Source of the DNA: Candidatus Sericytochromatia bacterium
GTDB lineage: Bacteria > Cyanobacteriota > Sericytochromatia > S15B-MN24 > VGJW01
Assembly: GCA_035285865.1 (NCBI GenBank)
Contig: JAYKHS010000030.1
Coordinates: 96,001-160,000 of the forward strand
DNA length: 64,000 nucleotides
Direction of reading: 5' to 3'
Positions 1 through 9,695 of this stretch are shown here, piece by piece (the stretch's first letter is position 1; each line of letters begins with the position of its first letter). The translations under genes and the position numbers were made by a program. The notes under the pieces were generated by a model. It was not told where the DNA came from and made no database searches. It saw nothing but the letters and a program-made list of their open reading frames with translations.

Positions 1-617
1 GCCAGCCACCCTACCCGAACGCCTGGCAACCCCAGGCGTTTGCTCATGGCACCGATACCGATCCATCCCGGGCCACGGCCAGCAACCGGGGCCATGCCAT
101 CCTCCCGCACGCCCCTGTAGATCTCATCCACGACGACGACATCCAGCGGGCCGAGCCACGTCTCGATGCGTTCGAGAGGTGCCTTGCGGCCCGTGGGATT
201 GTCCGGGCTCACGGCGAACCACGCACGTTGGCCGGCGCGCGGCTGAGGAGGATGCTCGGCAAAGGGGGACCACGAACGCCAAGGCGATGCAAGTCGGCGC
301 ACAAGGCCCGGCCATTGGTAATAGGCAGGTTCTCCCACCATCAGCTCTCGATCCGGGGCCGCAAGGGCCAGCATGGCGACGGCGTTGCCCCCGGTTCCGC
401 CCAAGACAGGCAGGATGGCCTCTTCCGGCAGGCCTTCCCACGCCGCGATGAGGCGGACAAGTTCGGGGTCACCTCCCGAGGGGGCGTAGCCGGTCGCGAA
501 GGTCTCCTCGAGCGAGAGGTTCAGGCCGCAGGGGATCATCGTTCGGCCCAGGTGCCAGCGCGCTTGCGAGGCGTGGCGGTCGAACCAGGCCTCGAGCGGG
601 TGGCGATGCGCGAACAC
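1..617 (-). CDS. PLP-dependent aminotransferase class I/II (3' end beyond window; absent from ORF track)
   Basis: Manual translation from GTG at 617: VFAHRHPLEAWF...GYAPSGGDPEL...PDNPTG...VVVVDEIYRG...GAMSKRLGLPGVRVGW; fold-type I motifs NPTG, DEIY and SKxxxLPGxRxGW. Confidence 0.85.
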   Translation of the reverse strand, partial: MFAHRHPLEAWFDRHASQARWHLGRTMIPCGLNLSLEETFATGYAPSGGDPELVRLIAAWEGLPEEAILPVLGGTGGNAVAMLALAAPDRELMVGEPAYYQWPGLVRRLASPWRSWSPFAEHPPQPRAGQRAWFAVSPDNPTGRKAPLERIETWLGPLDVVVVDEIYRGVREDGMAPVAGRGPGWIGIGAMSKRLGLPGVRVGWL

Positions 618-715
618 TGCCGCATCCTAGCAGGTTCTTGACGCTGGAATGTCGCCCGTGACAACATCTTGGGCCGACCGTGCGACTTGGCCGGTCCCTT
701 GAAAGGCAACTCAAC

Positions 716-958
716 GTGAAGAATCCGCTCGAGACTCCCGGTGCCACGATTTTGCTTGGTCTGGTGCTCACTGCAGCGCTGTACGGCGCGCTCCGATTGA
801 CGGCTCCGGCCACCGTTCCCGCCGAGACGACGGCTCCGGGCGCAGAGTCGTCGGCCGATTCATCGGCCGGATCGGCGGATGAATCGGCACCTGCCGCGGA
901 CGAGGCAGCCACGACGGACGCCGTAACCGGCGCTGTCGTCGAACCGGCGACCCCCTAG
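716..958 (+). CDS. small membrane protein with acidic Ala-rich tail
   Basis: GAAAGG RBS then GTG; hydrophobic segment ATILLGLVLTAALYGAL; directly upstream of the puuD-like gene. Confidence 0.6.
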   Translation: MKNPLETPGATILLGLVLTAALYGALRLTAPATVPAETTAPGAESSADSSAGSADESAPAADEAATTDAVTGAVVEPATP

Positions 959-1002
959 TCCCTTTCCGGGCCTTTCCCTTCCCAGACCAGCATTTCGAGG
1001 AT

Positions 1003-1512
1003 ATGACGATGGACGGTCAACTTTTCGGCGAATACTTGCTCAGGTGGCTGCACTTCCTGTTCGGCTTCACTTGGATTGGCCTGCTTTACTACTTCAATCT
1101 GGTGCAGATTCCCAGCCTCAAGAATATTTCCGCCGAGGCCAAGGCCGAGGTATTCAAGGAGGGCGGCATCGCCCGCACAGCCCTGTTCTACTTCCGGTGG
1201 GCCGCGATCGGTACCGTCCTCGTCGGGCTTGCACTTCTTGCGCACAAGGGCATGCTTGTTCAGGCCCTGACGCTGTCCGGTCCGACTAACATTCGGGGCT
1301 TGGGCATCGGTTGCTGGCTGGGCATCATCATGATGCTGAATGTCTGGCTCATCATCTGGCCCAAGCAGCAGACGGTGCTGGGCATCGTCCCGGCGACCGC
1401 CGAGGAGAAGGCGGCGGCCGGTCGGACGGCGATGCTGGCCTCTCGTACCAACTTCCTGCTGTCGATTCCGATGCTGTTCTTCATGGAGGCGTTCTCGCAC
1501 GGTCTCAACTGA
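1003..1512 (+). CDS. urate hydroxylase PuuD-like membrane protein (Urate_ox_N domain only, no cytochrome c domain)
   Basis: LRWLHFLFGFTWIGLLYYFNLVQ, FRWAA, MMLNVWLIIWPKQQ and SRTNFLLSIPMLFFM motifs typical of the family; no CxxCH. Confidence 0.8.
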   Translation: MTMDGQLFGEYLLRWLHFLFGFTWIGLLYYFNLVQIPSLKNISAEAKAEVFKEGGIARTALFYFRWAAIGTVLVGLALLAHKGMLVQALTLSGPTNIRGLGIGCWLGIIMMLNVWLIIWPKQQTVLGIVPATAEEKAAAGRTAMLASRTNFLLSIPMLFFMEAFSHGLN

Positions 1513-1525
1513 GCCGGCGGTGGGT

Positions 1526-1562
1526 CGGGGGCGCTGCGCTGCGGCGCCCCCGGTCTCTATTT
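1526..1562 (+). terminator. probable intrinsic terminator
   Basis: CGGGGGCGCTGC-gct-GCGGCGCCCCCG hairpin followed by TCTCTATTT, just after the stop at 1512. Confidence 0.55.
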
Positions 1563-1649
1563 GGGGCCTGGTTATCGATACAATACCTAGACATGTCTTG
1601 AATTCAGGCGGCCTCGGGTCTGCGGGGTCGCGAAAGAACCCTGATTCCC

Positions 1650-1678
1650 TTGACTTATCGGGTTTGCTTGTCTATGTT
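1650..1678 (+). promoter_or_regulatory. sigma70-type promoter of the folE2 operon
   Basis: TTGACT-N17-TATGTT. Confidence 0.65.
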
Positions 1679-1736
1679 CTGTGGAGGTAAGTCGAGCGGG
1701 CCTTGTGCCGCCCAGTTCGCCACGAAAGAAGGATTG

Positions 1737-2564
1737 GTGCCTGTGCAGGATGTGTTGACCCCCCCCTTGGTGGACATCCAGTCCTCCCCGGACACCCGCG
1801 GTGTTCCGCTCCAGCGCGTGGGTATCTCGGGTGTGGCCATGCCGATGGTCATCCGGGGTGCTCAGGGTGGTCAGCCTGTTCAGGCAGATGTGGCGCTGAC
1901 GGTGGCACTTGCGGCGGAAACCAAAGGTACCCACATGAGCCGGTTCGTCGAGGCCTTGCTCCCCTACCGGGACGTGGCGCTCGACCTTGTCGGACTCGAA
2001 GGGCTCGTCCGGGATGTGCGTAGTCGCTTGAAGGCACCTGCTGCGCAGGTCGAACTGGGTTTCCGTTACTTCATCGACAAGCCGGCTCCGGCCTCGGGGC
2101 TCTCGGCCCCGACGGACGTGCAGGTCCGCCTCGCGGGTGAGGTGGGTGCCGACAACGCCTTCACCGGCACCATTGCCGTAACGGTCCCGATGACGACGCT
2201 GTGTCCGTGCAGCAAGGCAATCAGCCGCTACGGCGCGCACAATCAGCGGTCACTGGTCACTGCGCAGTTGCGGTTTTCCGGTGCAGCCCCCACCATCGAG
2301 GAGTTGGTCGCTGGTCTCGATGGGTGTGGATCATGTCCAGTCTATCCGCTCGTCAAGCGGGAGGACGAGAAGCACATCACGGAGCAGGCTTACGAGAATC
2401 CCCGCTTCGTCGAGGACGTGCTGCGCGAGGCGACACTCTGGGCAAGAGGCCTTGCCGGAGTCACATGGTTCTCCCTGACCTGCGAAAATCTGGAATCGAT
2501 CCACAACCATTCTGCCTGGGGGATGCACGAGGAGATGGTGCTCCCGGACCCGCCCCGCGCGTGA
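1737..2564 (+). CDS. folE2: GTP cyclohydrolase I type 2 (FolE2)
   Basis: DIQ, KGTHMSRF, TTLCPCSK, GAHNQRS, KREDEK, NPRFVED and ESIHNHSA motifs; start placed downstream of the promoter. Confidence 0.93.
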   Translation: MPVQDVLTPPLVDIQSSPDTRGVPLQRVGISGVAMPMVIRGAQGGQPVQADVALTVALAAETKGTHMSRFVEALLPYRDVALDLVGLEGLVRDVRSRLKAPAAQVELGFRYFIDKPAPASGLSAPTDVQVRLAGEVGADNAFTGTIAVTVPMTTLCPCSKAISRYGAHNQRSLVTAQLRFSGAAPTIEELVAGLDGCGSCPVYPLVKREDEKHITEQAYENPRFVEDVLREATLWARGLAGVTWFSLTCENLESIHNHSAWGMHEEMVLPDPPRA

Positions 2565-3265
2565 CCGGTTCGGCAGGCCCGGAGCCTCCGTTGGCCCTGT
2601 CGTTGGCATGGGCGTCCAAGGCTTCCGGTGACCGTGCTGGGGCGTGGCACTGGATACGCCAGTTGCAGGACGACCGACCCGAGGCGTGGGTCGGGTGGTG
2701 GGCAGGCGGTGTGATGGCCCTTGCGGAGGGAGCTTGCGAAGAAGCCCTCGAGGCGTTCTCGCGCGCGGCTCGCCTCGAGGAACATCGTGTCGAGGTGGCG
2801 TTGAACCTGGGCATCGCCCAGTGGTTGACGGGGCATCCGCGCGATGCCCGCAGGACATTGGCCCACGCAGCCTCGGTCGGGGGGGGGCACGTCCGTGCCG
2901 TTGCGACTCTGGGAGTGGCTCATCTCGTGGCCGGCCTCGAGACCGAAGCAGAGCGGACGTTGTCCCGGGCAGCCTCGGCGGGCGGTGATTCGGGCGTCGG
3001 CAGCGTGGGCCTCGGGGTGCTGTGTGCCCGACGTGGTCAGTGGCCGGAGGCCGAGCGCTGTTTTCTCGCGGTGGCGCCGGTGGAGGGTGCCCGTCGCGCA
3101 GCGCTGAGCGACCTTGCCATCCTCTGGCGTCGCCGCGGTATGCTGGATGAAGCATCTCGCTGTGCCCGCGAAGCGACCCGCCTTGAGGACTGGCCCGAAG
3201 TCTCCTGGGAGGGATGGACCTTGGCACTGGCTCCGCTGGAGTACTTGGTGGAGGAATCGACTTGA
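2561..3265 (+). CDS. tetratricopeptide repeat protein
   Basis: GTGA overlap with folE2; repeated helical TPR-like units (EALEAFSRAARLE...VALNLGIA; LGVLCARRGQWPEAERCF). Confidence 0.7.
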   Translation: MTGSAGPEPPLALSLAWASKASGDRAGAWHWIRQLQDDRPEAWVGWWAGGVMALAEGACEEALEAFSRAARLEEHRVEVALNLGIAQWLTGHPRDARRTLAHAASVGGGHVRAVATLGVAHLVAGLETEAERTLSRAASAGGDSGVGSVGLGVLCARRGQWPEAERCFLAVAPVEGARRAALSDLAILWRRRGMLDEASRCAREATRLEDWPEVSWEGWTLALAPLEYLVEEST

Positions 3266-3873
3266 TGGCGTTGCTTCCCGTTCTTGCGGCGGTTTTGGCG
3301 CCGTGGGTCGGCGACGGAAGCGTCACCTCATTGTCGGCCTCCGAGAAGGCTCGTCTCGATGCCGGTGAGGTGCTGGTCCAGGTCGAACGGGCCGACGTGC
3401 CCGTCAAGCGCTTTCAGGTCGTCGGGGACATCGAGGCTCCGGCGGCCGAGGTCTGGGATGCCTATACCGACTTCGACCATTACGAGCAGATCTTCGATGT
3501 GACCCGTTGTCGTGTCGAACGCAGGGAGGATTCGGCACTCTACGTCTATTCCTACTTGGCTCTGGTATGGCCCATCGGCCCGAGATGGGTCATCAACGAG
3601 ACCCGACTCGATCGGGATTCGTGGAGGTTCACTTACAAGCGGGTACAGGGCACTTTCCGTAAGTACGAGGGCGAGCTGCAACTCACGGAGCTGGGCCCGA
3701 AGCGCACCCGAGTGAGGTATGCGGCGCGGATCGACCCCGATTTCCCGGCGGTTCCGACCTTCCTGCTGGACTGGGTGCAGTATCGGCAGTTCCCCACGGC
3801 CATTACCCACGTTCGTGATTGGTTGCGGCGCAAGGGTGAAGGGTCGGGCACGGGCGGCCGCCCCAAGGGCTGA
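3265..3873 (+). CDS. SRPBCC/START (polyketide cyclase-like) domain protein, possibly secreted
   Basis: IEAPAAEVWDAYTDFDHYEQIF...GTFRKYEG pattern; hydrophobic N-terminus; TGATG overlap with the previous gene. Confidence 0.75.
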   Translation: MALLPVLAAVLAPWVGDGSVTSLSASEKARLDAGEVLVQVERADVPVKRFQVVGDIEAPAAEVWDAYTDFDHYEQIFDVTRCRVERREDSALYVYSYLALVWPIGPRWVINETRLDRDSWRFTYKRVQGTFRKYEGELQLTELGPKRTRVRYAARIDPDFPAVPTFLLDWVQYRQFPTAITHVRDWLRRKGEGSGTGGRPKG

Positions 3874-3882
3874 AGTCCGGCT

Positions 3883-5328
3883 TCAGTTTGCTGCCGGAGC
3901 CGAGACCACACGTGCGGGGAGCGAGGCCGCAGCCTGGACCTTGGCGGCCCATTCTGCCTTGTCCGGCCGTCCCAACAGTCCGAACATGTAGTTCTTGTAG
4001 GCCTCGACGCCGGGCTGATCCAGGGGATTGATGCCCTCGAGCCAACCCTCGAGCACGGTTGCGATCTCGCAGGTGTACAGGAACTGGCCCAGATGGAAGG
4101 CGTCCAGCGTCGGCAGCGTCCACGTCATGGAGGGACGACCTGCCGCGTGCCATGCCTGCGATGTGCCGAGGCGCGCCATGTCCAGCATCTCCCCGAGGGA
4201 GCGTCCAGCCACGTAGTCGAGCGCGTCACGGTCCGGTGGCGCCACGGCGACGATCGGGTCCGGGGACCACGATGCGACCCGCAGGTGACTGACGACGACG
4301 TTCGGTGCGCCCTCCTGGATCTGCTGGCCACGTGCGTGCAGATCGCGGGTGTTGACCATCGTGAGCGGTACGCGACCGCCGCCTTCCTTGCCGAGGCTCT
4401 CCGAAACCAATTGGTCCACCCATCCCCCGATACCCTCGAGGCCCCGCCCCCAGCATGAGAGCACCGACAGATTGCGACCGGCCCGGCGCGACAGGGTCTG
4501 CAGGACGGCGTGTAGCAGGGCCGGGTGTTCAAGCGGGTCAGACGGGTTCATGCGGGCCACCGACAGTGCGCCTTCGAGAAGCGCTCGGATATCGATGCCA
4601 GCTACGGCAGCGGGCAGGAGGCCGACTGCCGAGAAGACCGAATAGCGTCCACCCACGTCGGCCGGGATGACCCACGATTCGAGGCCTTCAGCTTCTGCCT
4701 GGGCCCGCAGGAGTCCGGAAGAAGGATCCGTGGTCGCCACGATGCGTGCTGCGGCATCATCGCCGTAGACGGCCCGCATGCGTTCCCGTACCATTCGGTA
4801 GGCGACGGCCGTCTCGAGCGTTGTGCCGGACTTCGAGATCACGTTGACGGTCACGTCCTCCGTCACGGAGGCCGGACGGCTGGTCGGCATCAGGTCCAGC
4901 AAGCTGCCTAGCGAGCGGGGGTCGAGATTGTTTCCCTCGAAGAGCATCCGTGGACGGTCTGCGCGGGCCGCACGGTCCAGTTCCTGTCGCCACGGGTGAC
5001 CCAAGGCCTGGATCAGGGCTGCTGCGCCCAGGTAGGACCCCCCGATACCGAGAACGATGTGTCGATCCCCGAGTGCGGCGATTCGGTCGGCCGTCGCCTG
5101 GAGGCGGTCGACTTCCCCGAGCATCGTCGCGGGCAAGTCGAGGAAGCCGAGAAAGTCGTCGCCGCGGCCCCGGCGGGCCCGGAGTGCCTGCCACACGCGT
5201 TCGGCCTCGGGCCTCAACGCCCGGATGGCCTCGTCGTCGATGCCGCAGGCCTCTCCCGCAACTTCCGGGCGCATGCCGGTCCAGTCCAGCGAGAGCCCCA
5301 TTGCGGTCTTTTCCGGTTGGCTGGCCAT
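3883..5328 (-). CDS. pgi: glucose-6-phosphate isomerase
   Basis: LGIGGSYLG, ISKSGTTLET, VGGRYSVFSAVG, ESLGKEG and NPLDQPGVEAYK motifs. Confidence 0.95.
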   Translation of the reverse strand: MASQPEKTAMGLSLDWTGMRPEVAGEACGIDDEAIRALRPEAERVWQALRARRGRGDDFLGFLDLPATMLGEVDRLQATADRIAALGDRHIVLGIGGSYLGAAALIQALGHPWRQELDRAARADRPRMLFEGNNLDPRSLGSLLDLMPTSRPASVTEDVTVNVISKSGTTLETAVAYRMVRERMRAVYGDDAAARIVATTDPSSGLLRAQAEAEGLESWVIPADVGGRYSVFSAVGLLPAAVAGIDIRALLEGALSVARMNPSDPLEHPALLHAVLQTLSRRAGRNLSVLSCWGRGLEGIGGWVDQLVSESLGKEGGGRVPLTMVNTRDLHARGQQIQEGAPNVVVSHLRVASWSPDPIVAVAPPDRDALDYVAGRSLGEMLDMARLGTSQAWHAAGRPSMTWTLPTLDAFHLGQFLYTCEIATVLEGWLEGINPLDQPGVEAYKNYMFGLLGRPDKAEWAAKVQAAASLPARVVSAPAAN

Positions 5329-5378
5329 GGGCAGGACTCCTCGTGCGGTAAACTGTCGCGAGGAGGAGTCTAGCAGAC

Positions 5379-6491
5379 GTGACCAAACGCATTGCCGTCC
5401 TTACGGGCGGGGGCGACGCCCCGGGCCTCAACGCCGTCATCCGCGGGGTGGTCAAGACCGCCATCGCCACTTATGGCTGGGAGGTGCTCGGCTGCCGCGA
5501 CGGGGGCGAGGGCATGCTCTCTCGGGACTTCGTGCCGCTGGACCTGAATGCGATTCGTGGTATCGCCGCGCGCGGGGGCACCATCCTGGGGACGACGAAC
5601 CGGGGCAATCCTTTCCGATATCCGGTCAAGGGACCCGATGGCATGACCTTGGTGGATCGCAGTGATGAGGCTGTGGCGAATCTTCGCGAGGCCGGCGTTG
5701 ACGCACTGGTCTGCATCGGCGGGGATGGCGGCTTGCGGATCGCCCACGCCTTTGCCAAGAAGGGTCTGAAGGTCGTGGGCGTGCCGAAGACGATCGACAA
5801 CGATTTGCCGTGCACCGACCAGACCTTCGGCTTCGACACGGCCATCCAGACCGCGACGGAGGCAATCGATCGCCTTGTGACGACGGCCGAAGCGCATCAC
5901 CGCTGCATGGTTGTCGAGGTCATGGGTCGTGACTCGGGCTGGATTGCCCTGCATTGCGGTATCGCGGGTTCGGCCAATGCCGTCCTCCTGCCGGAGATTC
6001 CCTTCGATCTCGCCAAGGTGGCTTCATTCGTCCGTGAGCGAGGCGCGGGTGGCAAGGACTACAGCATTGTCGTGGTGGCCGAGGGGGCCAAGGTGGCTGG
6101 TGAGGACGTGGTGCTGCTTGAGGAGAACGAGGCCGCCGGCATCCGCAGGCTCGGGGGCATCGGCCAACGCGTGGGGGCCTACATCGAACGGGAAACCGGG
6201 GTGGAGACCCGGGTAACGGTGCTGGGCCACGTGCAGCGTGGTGGTTCTCCCTCTTCCCTCGATCGTGTTCTGGCGACGCGTTATGGCGTCGAGGCCGCGC
6301 ACCTGATCGCGCGGGGCCAGTTCGACCACATGGTGGCGCTGCGTGGCCAGGAGATCGTGCCGGTGCCGCTCTCCGAAGCAACCAGTTCGATCAAGACGGT
6401 CGACCCTGAGAGTGCGCTGGTACGCAATGCACGCGACCTCGGGATCTGCTTCGGCGACATCGTCCCGAGCCTGCTCGCGACCCGGGGATGA
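5379..6491 (+). CDS. pfkA: 6-phosphofructokinase (PfkA family)
   Basis: TGGGDAPGLNAVIR, GGTILGT, IGGDG, PKTIDND, EVMGR and LGHVQRGG motifs. Confidence 0.95.
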   Translation: MTKRIAVLTGGGDAPGLNAVIRGVVKTAIATYGWEVLGCRDGGEGMLSRDFVPLDLNAIRGIAARGGTILGTTNRGNPFRYPVKGPDGMTLVDRSDEAVANLREAGVDALVCIGGDGGLRIAHAFAKKGLKVVGVPKTIDNDLPCTDQTFGFDTAIQTATEAIDRLVTTAEAHHRCMVVEVMGRDSGWIALHCGIAGSANAVLLPEIPFDLAKVASFVRERGAGGKDYSIVVVAEGAKVAGEDVVLLEENEAAGIRRLGGIGQRVGAYIERETGVETRVTVLGHVQRGGSPSSLDRVLATRYGVEAAHLIARGQFDHMVALRGQEIVPVPLSEATSSIKTVDPESALVRNARDLGICFGDIVPSLLATRG

Positions 6492-7609
6492 CGCCAAGCG
6501 AACGGCCACTGTCCGGCCTGGCTCGGGATGAGGCTTTCGCGGCCTGGGCCGCCGGCCTCGTTCTTCCCGCACCCCGTCCCGTATCGATCGACGATGCTGC
6601 CGGTTGCGTTCTGGCCGTGCCAGTCGCTGCCCGGCTGCCCGTGCCGTCCCGCGATGAGGCCGCGTGCATGGGGCTGGCCGCGCGGTCGGAGGATCTGGAA
6701 GACCCTCCGGTGCGGCTTCTCGAGGCACCGCGTGCCTCCCGGCGCCTGCCCCGCGGCCACGTCTGTCTCGTGGAGCAGGGGGATAGCCTTCCCGATGGCG
6801 CAGATGTCGTGCTCCCCATGGACTATGTCCGCCCGGAAGGGGATGCGTGGATGGCGCAGGTCGTTCCGTCGGCCGGTGCGTTCGTCCGCCAGGCAGGGGA
6901 AGAGTTGGCTGCCGGAGACCCTGTTCTGGAGGCAGGTGCAAGCCTCACCCCGGAGCGACTTGCACAACTGGCGCGTGCCGGATGGGGCAACCTGCTGGTT
7001 CTCCCTGTACCGCGTGTGGCGACGCTCCTTGTCACCGATCGGTCCGTCGACCCCGCGGCTTGCGATCCGGGTGGTCCTCCCCCCGAGGATCGGGGCCCGT
7101 GGCTGCATGCGATGCTTTCGGCATTCGGTCATCAGCCGCTGCGCCTTGGCTGGGCCCGACCGGATGCCGAGTCCTTGCCCGATCGCGTCGAATCGGCCGC
7201 CGAACTGGCCGACCTGCTTCTGCTGCCTGCGCGTCGGCCGGAGGATGTGGCTCGCCGCCTTCTACCCACACTCGGTTCGGGAGCCCTCGTCCTCGACTTG
7301 CCAGGGGAGGCAGGGCCTGCCTGGGTCGTTCGCTCCGGGGAACGTCGCATCCTCGTGGCCCCTCTGGATCCGTGGGGCTTGGCCGCTGCCTTGCACCTGC
7401 TGGCCATGCCGATGCTCCGGCGACTGGCCGGCAGGGATGATGGGTCCCGGCAAGCACTGCCTGCCGATGACGAGCCGTTGCTACCTCCGGGGCCGTGGTG
7501 GCCGTGCCGTCTCGAAGGAGACGCTTGGGTGCCCTTGGAACTGGGTGAGGCGCCGCTTGCGGACGGATGGCTGCATCCGGACCGCAGACTGATTTGCTGT
7601 TGTGGTTAG
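6488..7609 (+). CDS. MoeA-like molybdopterin molybdotransferase, highly divergent
   Basis: DAAGCVLA..., LPDGADVVLPMD and FVRQAGEELAAGDPVLEAG match MoeA domains I-II; C-terminal conserved motifs are eroded. Confidence 0.65.
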   Translation: MTPSERPLSGLARDEAFAAWAAGLVLPAPRPVSIDDAAGCVLAVPVAARLPVPSRDEAACMGLAARSEDLEDPPVRLLEAPRASRRLPRGHVCLVEQGDSLPDGADVVLPMDYVRPEGDAWMAQVVPSAGAFVRQAGEELAAGDPVLEAGASLTPERLAQLARAGWGNLLVLPVPRVATLLVTDRSVDPAACDPGGPPPEDRGPWLHAMLSAFGHQPLRLGWARPDAESLPDRVESAAELADLLLLPARRPEDVARRLLPTLGSGALVLDLPGEAGPAWVVRSGERRILVAPLDPWGLAAALHLLAMPMLRRLAGRDDGSRQALPADDEPLLPPGPWWPCRLEGDAWVPLELGEAPLADGWLHPDRRLICCCG

Positions 7610-7756
7610 GGACGGGTTAAATCTGTTCATTTGCCGTCAAGAATCCCTCGCGAAGGAGCATTTCCGCGCAACCTCTTGCCTGATTTGGGGCACGATACAT
7701 GCAGAGGACATATTCAGGTCCGAGCTTTGCTCTCCTTTCCCCCCGAGGAGTTTTCC

Positions 7757-8758
7757 ATGCCCAAGATCGAGCGCCCCGAGGGGCCGCAGCCCAAGCCGAA
7801 GTCTTCCAAGCCGCCCAAGGGCGCGGTTCCTGTCGAGAAAGCCCCCAAGCCCTCGACTGGCGAGAAGGTCCACATCTCGCCTGAGGCACGGGATCCGAAC
7901 CGCGCCGGCGCGTTGATCAAGTTGCTCGCCGGCACCTTGCAGGCGCGTGATGCCGCGGAAGCCGCGAAGGCCGAGATGGCGCGTCGCGACTCTGCCGACA
8001 AGGCCAGGGGCGAGGCGGGCAAAGCATTTGCCGACGCCACGCGTGCGGCCCGGGGATTGCTGTCAGTGGCTGAGGCCAAGGCGACCGGGCTTGTGGAGCG
8101 TCGCGCCAAGACGGGTGAGGCGGCAACACGGCTGGAAGAAGCCGCGAAGCGGATGCCTGAGTTGGATCCCTCGGCACAGGCTGCGTCTGCCGATGTCCTC
8201 GAGCGTCTGAATGCCCGGGTCGATGAGCTCAAGGGCCGCATTGCCGTCGAGGAGAAGGCTGTATCGGAGGCCACGGCAAAGCTGGCTGCGGATCGCAAGA
8301 CGCTGGATGAGGCTCTGGGCAAGGCGAAGGACGAGAAGGCGCTGGGCCGCGCCCTCCGCAGCCTGACCGAGGCTTATGGTGATCTCGATGCCCGGGTCAA
8401 GGACCTGCCGCCGGATTCCGCCAAGGAGATCCGCAAGGAGGCCGAGACCCTGCGCAAGGTGATTCACCGAGCCATGGTGGCCCACTCCGACAAGTCTTCC
8501 GTCTCCGAGCCGGATAATGCCTATCTCTTCGGGCGGCCGGGCAAGGCGTTCAAAGAGCACCTGCGTCCGGTCGAGGACTGGCTGGCCAGCCCTGCAGGTC
8601 CGGTGTCGGCGGACAAGCGTCGTGAGATGGTCGAGCATCTTCAGGAGCTCGACGAGGCGCTGTCGGATGTCCAGGATCCCTTGCTCAAACAGGCGGCTTC
8701 GGAAGTGGTTGCGGACATCAGCGCCAAAGCCTTCGCCCGTCTTTCCGGCGCCCAGTAG
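7757..8758 (+). CDS. hypothetical alpha-helical/coiled-coil protein
   Basis: GAGGAG RBS before ATG at 7757; Pro/Lys-rich N-terminus followed by A/E/K-rich helices. Confidence 0.75.
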   Translation: MPKIERPEGPQPKPKSSKPPKGAVPVEKAPKPSTGEKVHISPEARDPNRAGALIKLLAGTLQARDAAEAAKAEMARRDSADKARGEAGKAFADATRAARGLLSVAEAKATGLVERRAKTGEAATRLEEAAKRMPELDPSAQAASADVLERLNARVDELKGRIAVEEKAVSEATAKLAADRKTLDEALGKAKDEKALGRALRSLTEAYGDLDARVKDLPPDSAKEIRKEAETLRKVIHRAMVAHSDKSSVSEPDNAYLFGRPGKAFKEHLRPVEDWLASPAGPVSADKRREMVEHLQELDEALSDVQDPLLKQAASEVVADISAKAFARLSGAQ

Positions 8759-8759
8759 C

Positions 8760-9695
8760 TCAGCCGCGCCAGAATCCGCGCTGGCGTATCAACCTTAGTG
8801 CACGTTCGAAGTCCTCCGGAAGGGGGGCTTCGAATTGCATGGGCCGGCCGTCCGAGGGATGGGCGAAGGCCAGACGTGCGGCGTGCAGCAGTTGGCCTTC
8901 GAGGCGCATGGGGCTCGAACGCCCGGCAGGACCATAGATCGGGTCGCCCACGACCGGGTATCCGAGGCTGGCGAGGTGGACGCGAATCTGGTGCGTCCTT
9001 CCCGTGTCGAGGTTCAACTCCAGCAGGCTGGCGTCCCGCCAGCTTTCCAGTGTCACGTAGTGGGTGATGGCAGCCTTGCCGCCAGCGACGACGGCGAAGC
9101 GCTTGCGATCCGTCGGATGGCGCCCAATCGGCCTGTCGATGGTGCCGCTCTCGGGATAGGGTCTGCCGTGCACCAGTGCCAGGTAGGTGCGCTTGATTCG
9201 GCGCTCCTGCATCGCCTTGCCGAGCGCGGCGTGGGCGACATCATGCTTGGCTACGACCAAGAGGCCTGTGGTGTCCTTGTCCAGACGGTGCACGATCCCG
9301 GGTCTCAGCGTGCCGCCGATGCCGGAAAGGCCATCGAGGGCATGAAGCAGGCCATGGACAAGGGTGCCCTCCCAGGAACCGGGCGCCGGATGCGTGGCCA
9401 TGCCTCTCGGCTTGGCCACCACGGCCAGCGCGTCATCCTGATGCAGGATGTCCAACGAGAGGTCTGCGGGTTGTACCGAGTAGGGGCGGACCTCGGGCAG
9501 GCTGGCAGCCAGATGCTCCCCGCCCTTGAGCCGCAGGCCTGCCTTGGCGGGCAGGCCATCGACCTGCACGCGCCCTTCCGTGATCAGGGTCTGGATGCGG
9601 GCGCGCGACCAATCGGGCAGGAGGCCAGCAAGATGAACGTCGAGCCTGGTACCGGCAGCGGATGCAGGCACCAGGCTCTCGATATCCGGGATCAA
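8760..9695 (-). CDS. rluD: RluA-family pseudouridine synthase (RluD-like, S4 domain)
   Basis: RLDVHL...SRARIQ S4 domain; RPGIVHRLDKDTTG and TGRTHQIRVH motifs. Confidence 0.92.
   Translation of the reverse strand: MIPDIESLVPASAAGTRLDVHLAGLLPDWSRARIQTLITEGRVQVDGLPAKAGLRLKGGEHLAASLPEVRPYSVQPADLSLDILHQDDALAVVAKPRGMATHPAPGSWEGTLVHGLLHALDGLSGIGGTLRPGIVHRLDKDTTGLLVVAKHDVAHAALGKAMQERRIKRTYLALVHGRPYPESGTIDRPIGRHPTDRKRFAVVAGGKAAITHYVTLESWRDASLLELNLDTGRTHQIRVHLASLGYPVVGDPIYGPAGRSSPMRLEGQLLHAARLAFAHPSDGRPMQFEAPLPEDFERALRLIRQRGFWRG

Noticed and set aside
1650..1736. N-terminal extension of FolE2 given by the ORF track
   Set aside because: The TTG 'start' is the -35 box of the promoter; family similarity begins near 1737-1770
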